Under the pieces are notes generated by a model. That model searched no databases and was not told the origin of the DNA. It was given only the letters and a program-made list of their open reading frames with translations. A stretch of DNA of 20,000 nt from an uncultured virus (IMG/VR IMGVR_UViG_3300030085_003517) (lineage: Duplodnaviria; Heunggongvirae; Uroviricota; Caudoviricetes), in IMG/VR virus record IMGVR_UViG_3300030085_003517. The stretch is one strand, 5' to 3'. Made by a program: the position numbers and the translations under genes. Below are positions 16,531 through 20,000 of this stretch, piece by piece; the first letter of the stretch is position 1; each line of letters opens with the position of its first letter.

Positions 16531-17451
16531 TCAAGTCCCGTATTCGTTAAACTGAAGGAAACATTTCCAACCAGTAGAGTTGGAAGATGCGCCATACTCT
16601 GTATGCCTAATCAATGCAACACCAACTACTGCATATTTATTTGCTTGTAATTGAGATTGGTTGGGAGCACCACCACCTTGCCAAACAGCATTAAAGTTAG
16701 ACCCACCATCAATTTTAATAGTGCCAGTAGGAATAACATTGCTAGTGTTATAATACATGATGGTGAAAGCAAATGCTTTGTTATTATCTGCTTGACCTTC
16801 ACCAATAGCAGAGGTTGGAAGATTTGTGATATTGATACTATAATTAGCACCTATATTAGACACATAAACTGCAGATGCAGTGCTGTAGTCAATAGTTATT
16901 TCAGTATCAGTGCCTGCTGCTCTATAAGATCTGAGATTTTCCCGAATCGCAGCGGTATCTAACATACCGTTGTGGGTATTTAATGTGCCAAATACTGTCA
17001 GATTGGTGAAAGATGAGTCAGCAGGTTGCTCACCAAGGACATAGAAGTTTGCACCATTTCTAACGGTAACTTCATAACCCTGAGAGACCTCAATAGGACC
17101 AGCACAAAAAGCATTAGTATATTCGTCACCTAACGTCGCAGGATCAATATCAATATTTTCTTCAATCGTGTCACTATTACATCTAATAATACCATTATTA
17201 CCAAGGGAAGTACCACCTCCACCGACATCTGTCCAACCAGGACTACCTTGACCCGAGTCCGCTAAGTAAATCTCAGCAGCATCATCCTCAGTATTATATC
17301 TAAGTGTGCCGAAAGAAATACCAGTGGGTTGATTTGCAGTAGTGCCAGAAGGCAGTGTCAAAACACTGTCCTGATTCAAAAAGGACAGATTGGTGATAAT
17401 TGCTTCTGTAGTCGGGGAAATCTGATTCCCACTAATTTTGGTTAATGCCAT
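16531..17451 (-). CDS. Tail-fibre-like virion structural protein (306 aa)
   Basis: MALTKI N-terminus; LTLPSGTTANQP...GTLRYNT...EIY...W fibre motif; NAFCAGPIEV motif; GGAGG RBS. Confidence 0.7.
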   Translation of the reverse strand: MALTKISGNQISPTTEAIITNLSFLNQDSVLTLPSGTTANQPTGISFGTLRYNTEDDAAEIYLADSGQGSPGWTDVGGGGTSLGNNGIIRCNSDTIEENIDIDPATLGDEYTNAFCAGPIEVSQGYEVTVRNGANFYVLGEQPADSSFTNLTVFGTLNTHNGMLDTAAIRENLRSYRAAGTDTEITIDYSTASAVYVSNIGANYSINITNLPTSAIGEGQADNNKAFAFTIMYYNTSNVIPTGTIKIDGGSNFNAVWQGGGAPNQSQLQANKYAVVGVALIRHTEYGASSNSTGWKCFLQFNEYGT

Positions 17452-17474
17452 TACGCTTTAGAGTCCTCCAGTAG

Positions 17475-17481
17475 TATTTAG
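17475..17481 (-). promoter_or_regulatory. Possible late promoter (CTAAATA)
   Basis: Minus strand atCTAAATActactGGAGGactctaaagcgtaATG; overlaps the upstream stop codon. Confidence 0.55.
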
Positions 17482-20000
17482 ATAGGCAACTCAAGAATAT
17501 GGACCGTATCACTTGCTTGAGGAGCGTCATTAAATACAACGTTGGATCCATTAGAGTCAACGGTATAATTTGTGCCAGCAATCTGCGCTACACCATTCAG
17601 GAATACCAGAAGAGAGTCATCAGAATGTTGATAGGGTGATGGATAAACAGTAACTGCAAATGTCAGTGTAGCACCGTCACCAGTGTAGGACTTAGTAATA
17701 TACTTATCAGATCCGACAAGTCCTCTGCCAGTGCCACTAACATTACCATCAACTCTAACATCACCGTCAACGTTTACCCTATAATTAGAGTTAGTAGCAG
17801 TACCAATACCGATAACTGGGCTACCGTTGTTAGGATCAATATTGATGAAACCAGTATTCGTGAGACCAAACTCTGTCCACGTTCCACCATAGTATATCCA
17901 ACCAAGCGACTTGCCAGGTGTCCAATTGATGTTGTAAACAAGATCACCATCAGCAGGTGTATCGTATCCTGTGATATTACTAAAATCTGGTTGTCCGTTT
18001 GCATCTTCTGGTGCCAGTAAGGTTTGCTTAATTACCGTGCCGTCCTGGTTGAAGTATGTAATCTTCTTAGAAGAAAGGTTGCTAGTGAAAGTAGTCAGTC
18101 CTTGGAAGGTAACAGGACCAGCGAAGATAGATTCTAACTGGTTAGATGCACCACCAATAACAGTCAGTTTGTCGGTAAGGACCAACTCAGAGAATGTTTC
18201 AATGGTAGTGTTTTCTTCACCAACAACATTAAGTTGTGCAATATCTTCGTTTGTAATCTGACCAGTAACAGGGTTGATAACTTGGTTACCAATAAACAGG
18301 TCACCATTAGAGTTAAGACCAGAGTAGAAAGCAACACCTGCTTCTTCCTTGATCGACTGTGAGAATCTAACCTGATCTTGTGTCAGAGTTTCTACCTGCG
18401 TCTGCGGGAATGCAGTTGAGTAGTTACCAGGACCGAATCCCAGATACTCAAAGGTGTGGTTACCAGATCTGAGGATGGAGTGTCTACGCAACTCAACAGG
18501 GATTGGAGCGACTGTTCCATCATTGTTTTCGCGGATATTAATCTTACGGGTTTCTTCATCACCAGAGCGAGCAGTTAGACTAACAGAGGACAATCTTTCG
18601 TTGATAGAGTCATAGTTTGGTGTTGTGCCTGGTTGTGTCCAACCAGTATCAGTCAACAGGAACTGCACCGCTTCCTTAGTAATAGATCTTTGAGGATCAT
18701 TATTTGGTGTAGGTGTAGCACCATCAGTAGATTTAACTAGACCGATAGTAACGTTGTCAGCGACGGAAACCGAAGCAAGAGGGTCAGCAACAGGGTTGTC
18801 TCTGTCAAACGTAGGATAGACTTCGTTGACGTTTTGTGAGAACTTCCTGTCGTTGAAGTTAGAAGTTGTAGGTGCAATAGATGCACAAAGCAAGGTAAGG
18901 TAGAAGATTCCATCTTTAACACCTCTCTCAAATTCTTGGACAACCTCAATATCGTAAACATAGAATGCACGATTGAGATTATAATTTGTCGTATCACTAT
19001 TCAGAGGTTGCATGACATAACCACTGATAGGATTACGAGGCAGGGGATTCGTCTTGTCCTTATCGATTACAAAGCGCACACGATAAGTCCTGTCTTGCAG
19101 GTCTCTGCTGTCAGGAATCCTCTTAAGGAATGTAGTAGGAGTAAAGTTTACGTTGTTGTATTGGGAATTAGTATTCAGAGTGACATAAATTTCATTGTCT
19201 GTAGCATCTACAGAAAGATACCAACCACCAACTACTGTCTGACCATTAACTGTATATGTGTTAGAGTCATATTGGATAGGAGATCCAGGGTTGCCAGCAG
19301 CAACACCAGAAACGCTAGGACCGTAAGGTGCAATAGATGCAGAATGTACTGAGGAAACTGCATTACCGCCCTGTCCTGGGGCAACTAGAAGGCAGTTAAT
19401 CGTATCCGCGACAGCGTTAACACCCGTGCCATCTTGACGCGCACCAACGGTGAAACCTTGCACTCTAGTCGTAGGAGGTGAAGCTTGAGTAATGTATCCA
19501 TAGAGATATAGTCTTGTGCCTGCAGTTCCGCCTTGACCAGCAAGGGCAGAGTTAATTACTTTGGTGCGTTGAATATCAATGTTGACCCAGTTAATAGAAA
19601 CTTCTTCACCAAAGATCACATTACCATTGATAGTCGCTGTATTTGGTTGAGTCAGTGTAACGACTCTTGTGCTTGTATTGACAGATCCAACTGTAGCACC
19701 AGTGCCAATACCATCACCACTAACCACTGTGCCTTCAATAACACCTTCAATCGATCCATCATTTACCAGAGTAATTGTAGACTCTCCAGATGTGCCAGTT
19801 GCAGTTGTAGAAATAACTCCAAGTGCTTTAGGTGGAATGATATGTGTAATCGTGCCTGCTTTATCTTTGGAGAATGATTTTGCTTTAAATCCAGCAGATC
19901 TGAGAGCAGTATTACCAAAGTTAGAGTTAGAGTTGGTAATCGACATGTCACCACCGCTCAGTGCAATGAAGTGACCGAAGTATCCAACAGCAAACACCGA
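17478..20000 (-). CDS. Large virion structural/tail-fibre protein, C-terminal >=840 aa (start outside window)
   Basis: Frame open to the window edge. Thr/Gly/Asn-rich; motifs SITNSNSNFG, RHSILRSGNHTFEYLGFGPGNYSTAFP, NSNGDLFIGN recalled from cyanomyovirus fibre-like proteins; C-terminal YTGDGAT.TF...LLVFLNGVAQ...YTV module. Confidence 0.8.
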   Translation of the reverse strand, partial: SVFAVGYFGHFIALSGGDMSITNSNSNFGNTALRSAGFKAKSFSKDKAGTITHIIPPKALGVISTTATGTSGESTITLVNDGSIEGVIEGTVVSGDGIGTGATVGSVNTSTRVVTLTQPNTATINGNVIFGEEVSINWVNIDIQRTKVINSALAGQGGTAGTRLYLYGYITQASPPTTRVQGFTVGARQDGTGVNAVADTINCLLVAPGQGGNAVSSVHSASIAPYGPSVSGVAAGNPGSPIQYDSNTYTVNGQTVVGGWYLSVDATDNEIYVTLNTNSQYNNVNFTPTTFLKRIPDSRDLQDRTYRVRFVIDKDKTNPLPRNPISGYVMQPLNSDTTNYNLNRAFYVYDIEVVQEFERGVKDGIFYLTLLCASIAPTTSNFNDRKFSQNVNEVYPTFDRDNPVADPLASVSVADNVTIGLVKSTDGATPTPNNDPQRSITKEAVQFLLTDTGWTQPGTTPNYDSINERLSSVSLTARSGDEETRKINIRENNDGTVAPIPVELRRHSILRSGNHTFEYLGFGPGNYSTAFPQTQVETLTQDQVRFSQSIKEEAGVAFYSGLNSNGDLFIGNQVINPVTGQITNEDIAQLNVVGEENTTIETFSELVLTDKLTVIGGASNQLESIFAGPVTFQGLTTFTSNLSSKKITYFNQDGTVIKQTLLAPEDANGQPDFSNITGYDTPADGDLVYNINWTPGKSLGWIYYGGTWTEFGLTNTGFINIDPNNGSPVIGIGTATNSNYRVNVDGDVRVDGNVSGTGRGLVGSDKYITKSYTGDGATLTFAVTVYPSPYQHSDDSLLVFLNGVAQIAGTNYTVDSNGSNVVFNDAPQASDTVHILELPI

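Noticed and set aside
268..19974. Plus-strand ORFs and short alternative-frame minus-strand ORFs in the track (e.g. 15649-16224, 12911-13369, 3629-4057)
   Set aside because: All lie within well-supported minus-strand genes and look like shadows of codon bias, with no recognisable motifs.

Overview
All credible genes are on the minus strand of what looks like a T4-like marine (cyano)myovirus genome. In transcription order (20000 to 1) the window holds: (i) a virion/tail-fibre module, comprising a >840-aa partial fibre-like protein, a 306-aa fibre-like protein, a Gly/Cys-rich protein, two paralogous Gly/His-rich proteins and a probable fibre-assembly protein, punctuated by T4-type late promoter motifs (ATAAATA/CTAAATA); (ii) directly downstream, an unbroken chain of 14 overlapping genes (12864 to 2646) encoding two flavin-dependent tryptophan-halogenase-family enzymes, a possible dUTPase-fold protein, one small protein and ten consecutive, structurally diverse Fe(II)/2-oxoglutarate oxygenase or cupin proteins; (iii) a sigma70-type early unit of small proteins, including an unannotated 39-aa highly acidic peptide and an eleventh oxygenase; (iv) a second sigma70-type promoter driving a putative PD-(D/E)xK nuclease coupled to a TSPPY-type DNA methyltransferase that runs off the window. 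The most interesting inference is that block (ii) is a late-expressed tailoring cluster that may chemically modify the adjacent Gly/His/Cys-rich virion fibres. Family assignments come from motif recognition by eye, not from database searches.
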